In this document: positions 10,269 to 18,867 of the stretch, piece after piece
Numbering within the stretch: the stretch's first letter is position 1
How the letters are laid out: each line of letters starts with the position of its first letter
Assembly (NCBI GenBank): GCA_039028615.1
Contig: JBCCHT010000041.1
Location: forward strand, 44,132-108,131
Direction: 5' to 3'
DNA from: Myxococcota bacterium
GTDB lineage: Bacteria; Myxococcota_A; Polyangia; Nannocystales; Nannocystaceae
Length of the DNA: 64,000 bases
Program-made: the position numbers and the translations under genes
Notes under the pieces: generated by a model
Told to the model about the DNA's origin: nothing
Seen by the model: the letters and a program-made list of their open reading frames with translations, nothing else
Database searches by the model: none

Positions 10269-11360
10269 ATGGCTCTCATCGACCAGTCCTTCTCCCTTCG
10301 CTGCGGGCTCGAGGTGCCTCAACGCATCGCGATGGCCCCGCTGACCAACATCCAGAGCGAACCGGATGGCACCCTCGGGGAGCAAGAGCTGCGGTGGCTC
10401 GTGCGACGGGCTCGGGATGGCTTTCGCTGGATCAGCACCTGCGCCGCGTTCGTCAGCGAGGAGGGCCATGCATGGCGAGGGCAGCTCGGAATCTCCAATG
10501 ACGCTCAGCTACCGGGGCTCCGCCGGCTCGCCTCCGCGCTGCGGGGCCACGGCGCGGCGGCGGTCGTGCAGCTGCACCACGGAGGTGCCAAGGCGGACCT
10601 CGCTCCCGACCGTCGACTGAGCACTGCGGACGGAGGCCCCCAAGACAGCCGCGGCGCCTCCGAGGCCGACATCCACCGCGTCATCGAGGACTTCGTGGCC
10701 GCCGCCCAGCGTGCCGAGCACGCCGGGTTCGCGGGCGTGGAGATCCATGGCGCCAACGGCTACCTGTTCACGCAGTTCCTCGCCCCCGAGGACAACCCCC
10801 GCACCGATGCCTACGGCGGTGACCTGCCGGGGCGGGCGCGCTTCCTTCGGGAGACGCTCCGGGCCGTCCGAACCAGCGTCAGCCCGGGCTTCGCGGTGGG
10901 CGTCCGCATCTCACCCGTCGACGTGTGGAGCCGGCGGGGGCTCGTCCTCGCCGATGGTGTGCAGGTGGGCCAGTGGCTCGCCGACGACGGAGCGGACTTC
11001 GTGCACCTGTCGCTCATGGACGCCGGCGGTCCCGCCCCCCACGAGCCTGATGCCGGTCTCGTCGCTCGTGCGTTCCGCGACGCGCTGCCCGGCGACGTGC
11101 CGATCTTCGCCGCTGGCGGCATCTGGACCCGCGAGGACGCGCAGCGGGCCACCGAGGCCGGCGTCGACGTCGTCGTGCTGGGTCGAGCCGCGATTGCCCA
11201 CCCCGACTGGCCGAGCGCCTCGGCCGACGCCAACTTCCAACCCGCGCGCCCCGTGTGGTCACGGAAGCACATGCAAGAGGTCGACGTCGGTGACCGCTTG
11301 CTCGAGTACCTGGGCGGCTTCCCGGGCATGCTCGAAGGTGGAGCGCCCCCCCGGGGCTAG
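10269..11360 (+). CDS. NADH:flavin oxidoreductase (Old Yellow Enzyme family)
   Basis: RIAMAPLT, QLHHGG, AGFAGVEIHGANGYLFTQFL, RTDAYGG, LGRAAIAHPDW; alternative start at 10197. Confidence 0.92.
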   Translation: MALIDQSFSLRCGLEVPQRIAMAPLTNIQSEPDGTLGEQELRWLVRRARDGFRWISTCAAFVSEEGHAWRGQLGISNDAQLPGLRRLASALRGHGAAAVVQLHHGGAKADLAPDRRLSTADGGPQDSRGASEADIHRVIEDFVAAAQRAEHAGFAGVEIHGANGYLFTQFLAPEDNPRTDAYGGDLPGRARFLRETLRAVRTSVSPGFAVGVRISPVDVWSRRGLVLADGVQVGQWLADDGADFVHLSLMDAGGPAPHEPDAGLVARAFRDALPGDVPIFAAGGIWTREDAQRATEAGVDVVVLGRAAIAHPDWPSASADANFQPARPVWSRKHMQEVDVGDRLLEYLGGFPGMLEGGAPPRG

Positions 11361-11397
11361 CGGTCCGCCGCCGCCCGGCCCACGATTGCGAACAGGG

Positions 11398-11682
11398 CTA
11401 CGGTCCGATCAACGCCTGGGTCGACAACACGGAACCGGTCTCGGGATCGAGCACCGCCACCACCAGGTGCGTCTTCACTCGGCGTTCGGTGAGCAGCACG
11501 ATGAGCCCCTCGGGCCCGACGAACGCCTCGTGGGGCTCGGGCAGCGTGCCCTCGAATTCGTGCTCGGCCGGTCGCATCGCGTTCACGGGGGTCGTCCATC
11601 GACGACCACTGCTGCGGGTCGAGCGGGTGATTCCAACCCGTTGCGCGACCGCGTCGATGGCTGAGGTGCCCACGACAGCCAC
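11398..11682 (-). CDS. Possible small hypothetical protein or gene remnant
   Basis: Only plausible frame in the gap downstream of the TetR gene; no recognisable motif and no clear start. Confidence 0.3.
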   Translation of the reverse strand: MAVVGTSAIDAVAQRVGITRSTRSSGRRWTTPVNAMRPAEHEFEGTLPEPHEAFVGPEGLIVLLTERRVKTHLVVAVLDPETGSVLSTQALIGP

Positions 11683-11797
11683 CGCGCCCGCCCGTACGAG
11701 CGCGCCTACGAAATACGCGGTGTACCTCGAGAGTGGGCAACGCGGCCGCCGTCGGCGGGGACCACGTCATCTCCTCGCGATGGTCTCGAGATGAGCG

Positions 11798-12484
11798 TCA
11801 GGCCTGGCCGCGCTTGGGTTTGCGACCACGGTCCTGCAGCGCGATCAGGCGACGGAACAAGCCCGGTCGGTGCAGGACCGAGGCGCCTCCCAACAAGGTG
11901 AGGGTAGCCGAGTACAGCGCCTCGTCTTCGAAGCCCGGTCCGTTGGTCCGTCGACGGGCCCACGACTCCAGCGCGACGAAGAAGCCATCGTGGAGTCGAC
12001 GACCGAGGCGCACGGGATCGATCTCGAGCTCCAACGCGCCCTCGGCCCGCGCTCGCTCGAGCAACGGCAGGGCCATCTGCTCCGCCCGCAGCATCGCGGG
12101 CAGCGATGAAGCGCCGACCTGCCCGCGATGCTCGTGCACGGCCAACGCGAGCGCACGAAACGAGGGCGCGTCTTGCCGGGCGAGTCGCACCGCGGTTCGG
12201 GTCCTCTCGAGGATCGCCTCCAGGGGGTCGGCCGCGTCGACGAGGTGCGCGGTGGCGGTCGCGAGCCGACCGAGCCCGTGGTCGACCAGCGCCCCGAGCA
12301 CCGCGTCGCGATCGCCGATGAGGTTGTAGATGGTGTTGACGCTCAGCCCCGCCTCGTCGGCGAGCTTTCGCATCGACAGCGCCGCGGCGCCTCCGTTCGC
12401 GACCAGCGTGCGCGCCCCGGCCATGATCCGCGCCCGTCGATCCGCCTGGCTGCGCTGAAGCTGCGTCGTGCCGTCGCTGGCCAT
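11798..12484 (-). CDS. TetR/AcrR family transcriptional regulator
   Basis: N-terminal HTH RARIMAGARTLV..GG..LSMRKLADEAGLSVNTIYNLIGDRD. Confidence 0.92.
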   Translation of the reverse strand: MASDGTTQLQRSQADRRARIMAGARTLVANGGAAALSMRKLADEAGLSVNTIYNLIGDRDAVLGALVDHGLGRLATATAHLVDAADPLEAILERTRTAVRLARQDAPSFRALALAVHEHRGQVGASSLPAMLRAEQMALPLLERARAEGALELEIDPVRLGRRLHDGFFVALESWARRRTNGPGFEDEALYSATLTLLGGASVLHRPGLFRRLIALQDRGRKPKRGQA

Positions 12485-12510
12485 GAGCTGACACAGCGTG
12501 TCAGTTCATG
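12482..12510. promoter_or_regulatory. Probable TetR autoregulatory operator
   Basis: CATGAGCTGACAC-AGC-GTGTCAGTTCATG: 13-bp arms with 1 mismatch, overlapping the TetR start codon. Confidence 0.7.
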
Positions 12511-12535
12511 TGCCGAAGTCCAGCCCAATCCCGAT

Positions 12536-13108
12536 TCAGGGCTCGTTGGGGGCTTCGTCGGCCGCGGGCACGCGCTCCAGCGCGCCCGGCAACGCCGGCA
12601 GCTCGACCACTTCGCCCTCGAACGCCTGGTCGAGATCGACGAAGCGCATCAGGTTGGTCCCCTGCCCGATCGCGGGCCACGAGGGCAAGGGCGCCCGGGC
12701 CTGGCCCTGTTCGTCGAGCATGTGGCTGCGGTCGGTACACAGCGTGGCTCGGTAGCGCGCGGCGGAGATCACTCGGCACCGAGCGGTGAACGGCGCCTCG
12801 AAGCCCGCGGGAAACGCCAAACTCTGCCGCAGGTAGATCGACATCGGCACGGGCATGCCGAGGGTGGAGTCGACGTCCCAGATCATCCACCCCGTCGGGC
12901 CGCGTGCGGCCATTACCACATGGTAATCCCAGACTACGGGCTGCTGAGGGGCAGGTGCGGCGCGTTGGTGCATCACCGCCACCGTGCGCGACGAGTTGGA
13001 GATGAAGATCGCGGCCCGCGGCTGCCCCTGCACCAACGGGTCCGCACACATCTGCCAGACGTTCTCCTCGCAGTAATAGGGCGCGGGCGTGAAGGATGGA
13101 GTGGTCAT
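12536..13108 (-). CDS. Protein N-terminal glutamine amidohydrolase homologue (NTAQ1/WDYHV1 family)
   Basis: YYCEENVW, FISN, PVVWDYHVV, WDVDSTL, RVI.A..Y, DRSHM.D..G and NL..F motifs, collinear with eukaryotic NTAQ1; ATG at 13108. Confidence 0.9.
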   Translation of the reverse strand: MTTPSFTPAPYYCEENVWQMCADPLVQGQPRAAIFISNSSRTVAVMHQRAAPAPQQPVVWDYHVVMAARGPTGWMIWDVDSTLGMPVPMSIYLRQSLAFPAGFEAPFTARCRVISAARYRATLCTDRSHMLDEQGQARAPLPSWPAIGQGTNLMRFVDLDQAFEGEVVELPALPGALERVPAADEAPNEP

Positions 13109-13248
13109 CGGAAAGCCGGGGATTCGGAGAGCGAATCGTACCGCACAACTCGCCGCAACCATCACGGGCACGACCACGGGTGGCCCTGCGTGGAGTCGAA
13201 CTGCGATACCGTTACGACTGGCGTAGTGGCCCAACGGGAGTCTCGACC

Positions 13249-14187
13249 ATGCCACACCAGCTGTGGGCAACGTTCAGTGTCAAAGACCATTGTCGGCGGG
13301 GTTCGTTCATCGCGGAGGTCCTGCTCTACGACAAGTTGATCATCCCGGTCGTCCCGAAGGCCGAGGATGGCCTGCCCGAGGAAGAGGCCACCAAGGAATG
13401 GCAGCGGTGGACGGACAACGGGTGGGACCCCGAGCGACAGGACCGAGTCGTGGCGATCCTGGGAGACCTCGCCCGCCCGGTTCCCTGGATCCGAGAGCGC
13501 CAGGACGAATGGCAGCAAGAGAAAGTGCAGCAAGTGGCCGCCGATGCGCGCCGCGATGGCTATTTCATGACCGGGACCGTGCTGGAGCGCTTCGCCCCAG
13601 CCATGGCCGAGACGGTGGTCGCGGTGTCGCACTACGACGACGTCGAAGCGCTGAAGCGAGGGCAGCACATCCGCCGCACGACGCCCGAAGACAAGCTGCC
13701 TGGTAGCACCGTACTCGCCGTCCTCGGCCGTGAGTTGCTGGTGCCCGATCACGTGGGCAAAGACGACTTCGGCGCGCTGGAGGACGCGGTCGAGGTCGCT
13801 CGCACCACCGACTATCGCCAGCGTCGACGGTTGCTCTACGAATGGCAGAGGGACTTCATCAAAGACGGAGACTTCACCGACGCGACCGCGGTCATCGAAG
13901 CCGTCGAACACATGAAGACGCTCGTCGCCGACCTGGAGGAAGCCACTCGGCGCGCCAAACGATGGACCACGATCAAGAAGATCTTCTCGTTCTTCAAGCT
14001 CGGCACGAAGGTCGCCTCGGTGACCGCGCCCGCCCTGGCTCCGATCACCAAGGGCGCAGAAGTGGTGGTGGACATCGGCACCTTCGCCGCGAACGCAATG
14101 GACAACGACCCGGTGCCGAGCGACGAGGGGCTGCCAGCCGCGACCTTGCTGCTCGATGCACGGCAACGGCTGGAGATCGAACAATGA
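13249..14187 (+). CDS. Hypothetical protein, family not recognised
   Basis: 312-codon ORF with GGGAG RBS before ATG 13249; WATFSVKDH..EVLLYDKLIIP..W..W...GWDP N-terminus and a helical C-terminus. Confidence 0.75.
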   Translation: MPHQLWATFSVKDHCRRGSFIAEVLLYDKLIIPVVPKAEDGLPEEEATKEWQRWTDNGWDPERQDRVVAILGDLARPVPWIRERQDEWQQEKVQQVAADARRDGYFMTGTVLERFAPAMAETVVAVSHYDDVEALKRGQHIRRTTPEDKLPGSTVLAVLGRELLVPDHVGKDDFGALEDAVEVARTTDYRQRRRLLYEWQRDFIKDGDFTDATAVIEAVEHMKTLVADLEEATRRAKRWTTIKKIFSFFKLGTKVASVTAPALAPITKGAEVVVDIGTFAANAMDNDPVPSDEGLPAATLLLDARQRLEIEQ

Positions 14188-16181
14188 GCGAGCGCGAGAC
14201 CGTCGTGACCCTGTCCTGTCGAACCATGGCCGCGTGCCTCCCCTGCGTCGTGCTCGGGTGCGCACAACCGGAGCTCGACCCCGAGGTGGGACCAGCCCCG
14301 CAGGTGCAGCCCGATCTGCCCGAGGACCTGTGCGTGACCCCGCTGTCCGCCGACGAGCCCTACTGCAACTCGAGCCTGGCCGATGGGCCCTGGGCCATGT
14401 CGCATCGCACGAGCTACGCCCAGGGCTCGTCGCCGCTGCCCGCCCCTGCCGCCGACGCAGTGAGCACGGCCGCCCGCCAGCAGGTGCCGGGCATCCCCGT
14501 GGTCTTGGCCACCACCGCGCCCTACGAGGACGGCGGTCGGGCGATCTGGGCCGCGGTGCAGGGCTTCGACAACGCCATCGCCAAGCTGGATCACGAACGC
14601 TTCGAGATGGTCGACATCTACGTGCCGGCCGAGCGCGAGGACGACCCGCCCATGATCCCGCTGGGACTGACGGGGGCCTACTCCCTCGTGGATGCGCAGG
14701 GGCGCTTCGTGGTGGCGCGTGCCCGGCTGCTGTCGCGCTACGGCGACGAAGTCCCGGGCCAGCGCGACTCGGCCATCGCCCTGCAAGACCGCACCACCCT
14801 GCCCGACGCGTGGTTCTGCACGGCCGACGATCTGGTGGCGGGCATCGGCCTCGCCTACGACGGCGCCCTCATCCTCGTCACCGAGCAGGGCCAGGTCATC
14901 GCGGTCGACGAAGGCCCCGAAGGCCTCGACCAAGCGGGAGCTCGCATCGCCTCGATCAACGGCCCGCGCTGCACCGACGGCACGCCCGCCGAAGAGCTCG
15001 AGGTCGTCTCCAACAACGTGGCCATCGACGAGTCGGGCGGGATCTTCGTGGTCTCGAGTACCTCGATGCATCGCTTCGACCACCGCGACGGGACCCTGCA
15101 GCCGCGCTGGTCCGCGCCCTACGAAGGGGAAGGCAACCTCAGCCCGATTCGGCTCGGGCCGGGCTCGGGCTCGACCCCCAGCCTGATGGGTACACGCGCC
15201 GACGAGGACCGCTTCATCATCCTCACCGATGGCCAGCAGCTGATGCACCTGGTGTTCATGTGGGCGGACGACATCCCCGAAGGGTGGACCCCCATCGCCG
15301 AGGGCAAGGACCCGCGCATCGCCTGCGAGGTGCCCATTCGCTTCGGCGACGCTTCGGCCACCGACTCGATTTCCGAGCAATCGGTGCTGGTCCGAGGCCA
15401 CGCCGCGGTGGTGGTCAACAACCTGGTCACGGACCCCACGCTGCTGGACGGAATCGCGGCGATTCAGAACGTGGTGACCGCCCTGGAGAGCGGCGTCCCG
15501 GACAAGCAACCCTTCGGCATCCAGCGCGTCGACTGGGATCCCGAGGCCCGCGATTGCGTGGTGACCTGGGAAAATCCCGACATCAGCATCCCCAACGGCA
15601 TCCCCACCATGAGCACCGCGACGGGGCTGTTTTATGGCATCGGCAAGCGCGACGGCGCGTGGGGCCTGGAGGCGGTGGACTTCGAGACGGGGCAGTCGCG
15701 AGGTTTTTCGCCCACCACCACGCAGTGTCCCGAGGACTACGCCGCGTTCGGTCCCGCCGCCGCGATCCCGGAGGTCGTGGCCGCGCTGCAGGCCGAGCCG
15801 CAGTACTGCGAGAACTCGCTGTACGCCGCGACCACGGTGGGCCCCGACGGCATGATCTACACGGGCACGCTGGGCGGCATCACCCGCTATGTGCCCGACA
15901 CGGTCGGCGAAGCGAGCGTGGAGAGCCAGGTCGCCGGGGCCTTGGCTCAAGCCGACGACCTCATCGGGCGCGCGCAGCAGGGGGCCGATTCACAGCTCTT
16001 CGACGCGACCGAGGCCATGCAGCGCGCGCTGCTCCAGGTGCGCGAGCTCGGAGCCCTGGAGCTCGACGAAGACACCGAGGCCACCCGAGCGGAGGTCGAG
16101 GACGCCCTGGTCGTGGCCCTGCTCACCGAAGACGAGGCCGAGCGCGAGCAGGCCCTCGCCCGCGCCCGCGAAGTGCTATGA
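14184..16181 (+). CDS. Hypothetical secreted protein or lipoprotein, possibly a beta-propeller
   Basis: VVLGC lipobox-like segment; repeated strand motifs (NNVAIDESGGIFVV, GSGSTPSLMG, YAATTVGPDGMIYTG); helical C-terminal tail; start could be 14226. Confidence 0.75.
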   Translation: MSERETVVTLSCRTMAACLPCVVLGCAQPELDPEVGPAPQVQPDLPEDLCVTPLSADEPYCNSSLADGPWAMSHRTSYAQGSSPLPAPAADAVSTAARQQVPGIPVVLATTAPYEDGGRAIWAAVQGFDNAIAKLDHERFEMVDIYVPAEREDDPPMIPLGLTGAYSLVDAQGRFVVARARLLSRYGDEVPGQRDSAIALQDRTTLPDAWFCTADDLVAGIGLAYDGALILVTEQGQVIAVDEGPEGLDQAGARIASINGPRCTDGTPAEELEVVSNNVAIDESGGIFVVSSTSMHRFDHRDGTLQPRWSAPYEGEGNLSPIRLGPGSGSTPSLMGTRADEDRFIILTDGQQLMHLVFMWADDIPEGWTPIAEGKDPRIACEVPIRFGDASATDSISEQSVLVRGHAAVVVNNLVTDPTLLDGIAAIQNVVTALESGVPDKQPFGIQRVDWDPEARDCVVTWENPDISIPNGIPTMSTATGLFYGIGKRDGAWGLEAVDFETGQSRGFSPTTTQCPEDYAAFGPAAAIPEVVAALQAEPQYCENSLYAATTVGPDGMIYTGTLGGITRYVPDTVGEASVESQVAGALAQADDLIGRAQQGADSQLFDATEAMQRALLQVRELGALELDEDTEATRAEVEDALVVALLTEDEAEREQALARAREVL

Positions 16182-16191
16182 CCCCGATCGC

Positions 16192-16761
16192 ATGGCACTG
16201 ACCGGCGACCGTCTCCCCGAGGTTCGTGCGCAGCGCGTCGCCCTGCGCTGGCTCACCGCCGCGGACACCGACGACATCTTTCGCATCTACTCCGATCCCG
16301 AGGTGATGGCGTACTGGAGCACGGTCCCCATGAAAGAGCGGGCTCAGGCAGGGGAGCTCATCGCCAGCGTGCACCGCCTGTACGCGGAGCACAGCCTGTA
16401 CGAGTGGGGCGTGGTCCGGCTCGAGGACGAGCGGACCATCGGCACGCTGACGCTCGCGTCCATCGACACCAGCAACAAGCGCACGGAGATCGGCTTCGCC
16501 CTCGCGCGCGATGCCTGGGGCCAGGGCTTCATGCGCGAGGCAGTCACGGCGGGCATCGACTTCGCCTTCGACACGCTGGGCCTGCAGCGCATCGAAGCGG
16601 ACGTCGACCCGGACAACGCCGCCTCGCTGCGCCTGCTCGACACGCTCGGCTTCGTGCGCGAGGGGCTGCTCCGCGAGCGCTGGCGCGTGGGCGGCGGAGT
16701 GCAGGACTCGGTGATGCTCGGCCTGCTCCGCCGCGAGTGGACTGCCCGCGACCGAGGGTGA
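16192..16761 (+). CDS. GNAT N-acetyltransferase (RimJ/RimL-like)
   Basis: EIGFAL...WGQGFMREAV, IEADVDPDNAASLRLLDTLGFVREGLLRE. Confidence 0.92.
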   Translation: MALTGDRLPEVRAQRVALRWLTAADTDDIFRIYSDPEVMAYWSTVPMKERAQAGELIASVHRLYAEHSLYEWGVVRLEDERTIGTLTLASIDTSNKRTEIGFALARDAWGQGFMREAVTAGIDFAFDTLGLQRIEADVDPDNAASLRLLDTLGFVREGLLRERWRVGGGVQDSVMLGLLRREWTARDRG

Positions 16762-16785
16762 TGCCGACCGGCGCGACGGGGCGCC

Positions 16786-17769
16786 TCAGCTCATGCGAAT
16801 TTCGGTGTGCGGCCCGATGCCCATCTGCGTGGCACCACCGCCCGGAGCCCGACGCACCAGCTCGACGCCGTCGAGCCCCGCTCGCACCAGATCGCGACGC
16901 AGCATGTGCAGCAGCAGGTTGAGGTCGGCGCTCGACTTTTCCTTGCCCGGCCACACCGTGTTCAGCACGGTGGAGTCGGGCACCAGGTCTCCCGCCCAGT
17001 AGGGCGCAGGCGGCTTGAGCAGGCACGCGAGCAGCTCGCGACACTCGTCGGAGACATAGGCGCTGTGAGCCGTGCCCGCGATGTGCAGGTGCAGCCGAGC
17101 CCCCCGCGGGAGCGTCTGCAGGTGCACCTGGGTGGGCGAGCCGGGGCGCGCGTTGTCTTGGGGCCCGACGGTGGTGTCCGTATGCAGGCGCCCGGAGGTC
17201 ATCACTTGCACCCGATGCCCCCCGACCACGATCACCGTGCCCGGGCCGATGGGTAGCACTTCGCCCACCTGGTGCGGCTTCGGGTTGCGACCGATCACCG
17301 CCTCCATACCGAGCTCGACGAACAGCCGCTGCTGCGCGCTCTGGAGCCGCAGCGCGGCCGGAGGCAGGTCGTCGAAGCGCACGTCGTCGTTGGGGCCTCC
17401 GCCCAGCGTCAGCGGGCTCTCGTCGACGCCGAACATGCCGCCGCCCACGACTCGCATGACCCACGCGGGTTCCTGCTGGACGCCCTCGGCTCGCTCGACC
17501 TGCACGGAGACCTCGAGGCCCGGCACCGCGATGCGGTCGCCCTCGGCCAGCGTGCTCCCGTCGACCGCCTCGCCGCCCACCCGCGTCGGCGCACGGCCCA
17601 TGGCCACCACGTGCGGGCCTTCGGGGGTCACGTGCACGAGGGCGTGATGGCGGCTGGCCTGCGGGTCGTGGAGCACCACGTCGCAGTCGAGGCCTCGTCC
17701 AATGAGCACTCCGGCGCCGGCCACCCGCACCTTGCTTTCATCGGGAAGACAGAGCCACCAGGTTTCCAT
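16786..17769 (-). CDS. FHA-domain protein with a second FHA-like segment and a C-terminal winged-HTH-like domain
   Basis: IGRGLDCDVVL..PQASRHHA (FHA); LTLGGGPNDDV (degenerate FHA); ELLACLL...VLNTVWP...LNLLLHMLRRDL (OmpR-like wHTH). Confidence 0.75.
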   Translation of the reverse strand: METWWLCLPDESKVRVAGAGVLIGRGLDCDVVLHDPQASRHHALVHVTPEGPHVVAMGRAPTRVGGEAVDGSTLAEGDRIAVPGLEVSVQVERAEGVQQEPAWVMRVVGGGMFGVDESPLTLGGGPNDDVRFDDLPPAALRLQSAQQRLFVELGMEAVIGRNPKPHQVGEVLPIGPGTVIVVGGHRVQVMTSGRLHTDTTVGPQDNARPGSPTQVHLQTLPRGARLHLHIAGTAHSAYVSDECRELLACLLKPPAPYWAGDLVPDSTVLNTVWPGKEKSSADLNLLLHMLRRDLVRAGLDGVELVRRAPGGGATQMGIGPHTEIRMS

Positions 17770-17951
17770 CGAGGGTGTCACGCGCTGGATCAGCGTATCC
17801 GATGCGCGCCTTCGCGCCTCAAAGAATGACGAATCCGTAAAACGGAGCCCGTTCGATGCGTCCGAGCATTGTTCCGCGCTGTGGGTGCTTTGCCCACCGC
17901 CGGCGACGCATCCCGAATTGTGGGGGAGAAATTTACACGCGAGACCGACCG

Positions 17952-18797
17952 CTACCCGAATACGGGGAGGACTCGTTCTGCGTACAAATGATCGAGCATG
18001 CCCTGCATCGTGGTCTGCGTGTGATGGGCGAGCTCGCCGGCGTGGTCCCAGGGGCCCGACGGCATGGCCTCACCGATCTGCACCGTGATCTTGGCGGGCA
18101 GCGGCAGGTAGGGCAGCGCGCAGGTGGGGCCGAGCAGCACGCCCCACGGAGCCGCGAGCACGATGGGCAGCGAGTGCACCCGCGCCCACCGAGGCAAGCG
18201 CAGCGCATTGGCGAGGCGACGACCCTGCCGCAGCACGACCAAGGTCTCGTGCGAGCCCGCGCCCACGATGGGCACGATGGGCACGTCGTGCTCCTTGGCG
18301 AGGCGAGCGAAGCCTTCGCGTCCGGCCAGCACGACCTTGCGACGGTCGCGATAGGGACGGAGCGTCTCGATGTCGCCGCCCGGGAACACGAGCAGCTTGT
18401 GGCCTTGCTCGAGCACTTGATGAGCGGTGTCGCGACTGGCGGGCACGATGCCCACCGAGCGCAAGACCTCGGCCACCTTGGGGTGCTTGAACAAGATGTC
18501 GTGCGCGAGGATGTAGACCGGCCGGTCGTACCCGCGCGTGCGGTAGTAGTGCACGAGGAACAACCCATCGACCGGGCTCAGCCCGCCGTTGTGATTGCCG
18601 ACCAACACCGCCGGACCCTCGGGCACATGCTCGAGACCACGCACCTGCAGTCGGTGGTATCGCGCGAGCAACTCGAACCCCCGCACGCTGGCCTCGATTG
18701 CACTCGGTGAAACCGGAGTCAGCTCGGGTGCAACTTCGGCTCGCAGTGCGTCGACGATCGTTCGCACGCGACGACGAAGCGGACGCTCGCGAACCAA
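17952..18797 (-). CDS. Lysophospholipid acyltransferase family protein (PlsC/DAGAT-like)
   Basis: GLEHVP, VGNHNGGLSPVD (catalytic His...Asp motif), VFPGG, GFARLA...VPIVP. Confidence 0.9.
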   Translation of the reverse strand: MVRERPLRRRVRTIVDALRAEVAPELTPVSPSAIEASVRGFELLARYHRLQVRGLEHVPEGPAVLVGNHNGGLSPVDGLFLVHYYRTRGYDRPVYILAHDILFKHPKVAEVLRSVGIVPASRDTAHQVLEQGHKLLVFPGGDIETLRPYRDRRKVVLAGREGFARLAKEHDVPIVPIVGAGSHETLVVLRQGRRLANALRLPRWARVHSLPIVLAAPWGVLLGPTCALPYLPLPAKITVQIGEAMPSGPWDHAGELAHHTQTTMQGMLDHLYAERVLPVFG

Positions 18798-18867
18798 GTC
18801 GCGGACGGCTCCCGCGAAATTCTCGAGCGGGGGCGTCGGGGTTGCGCCGACGTTGCCAAGGCCGGCG

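Noticed and set aside
11357..11797. Overlapping short ORFs that might indicate a frameshifted gene
   Set aside because: No recognisable homology in any frame; kept only as a low-confidence CDS
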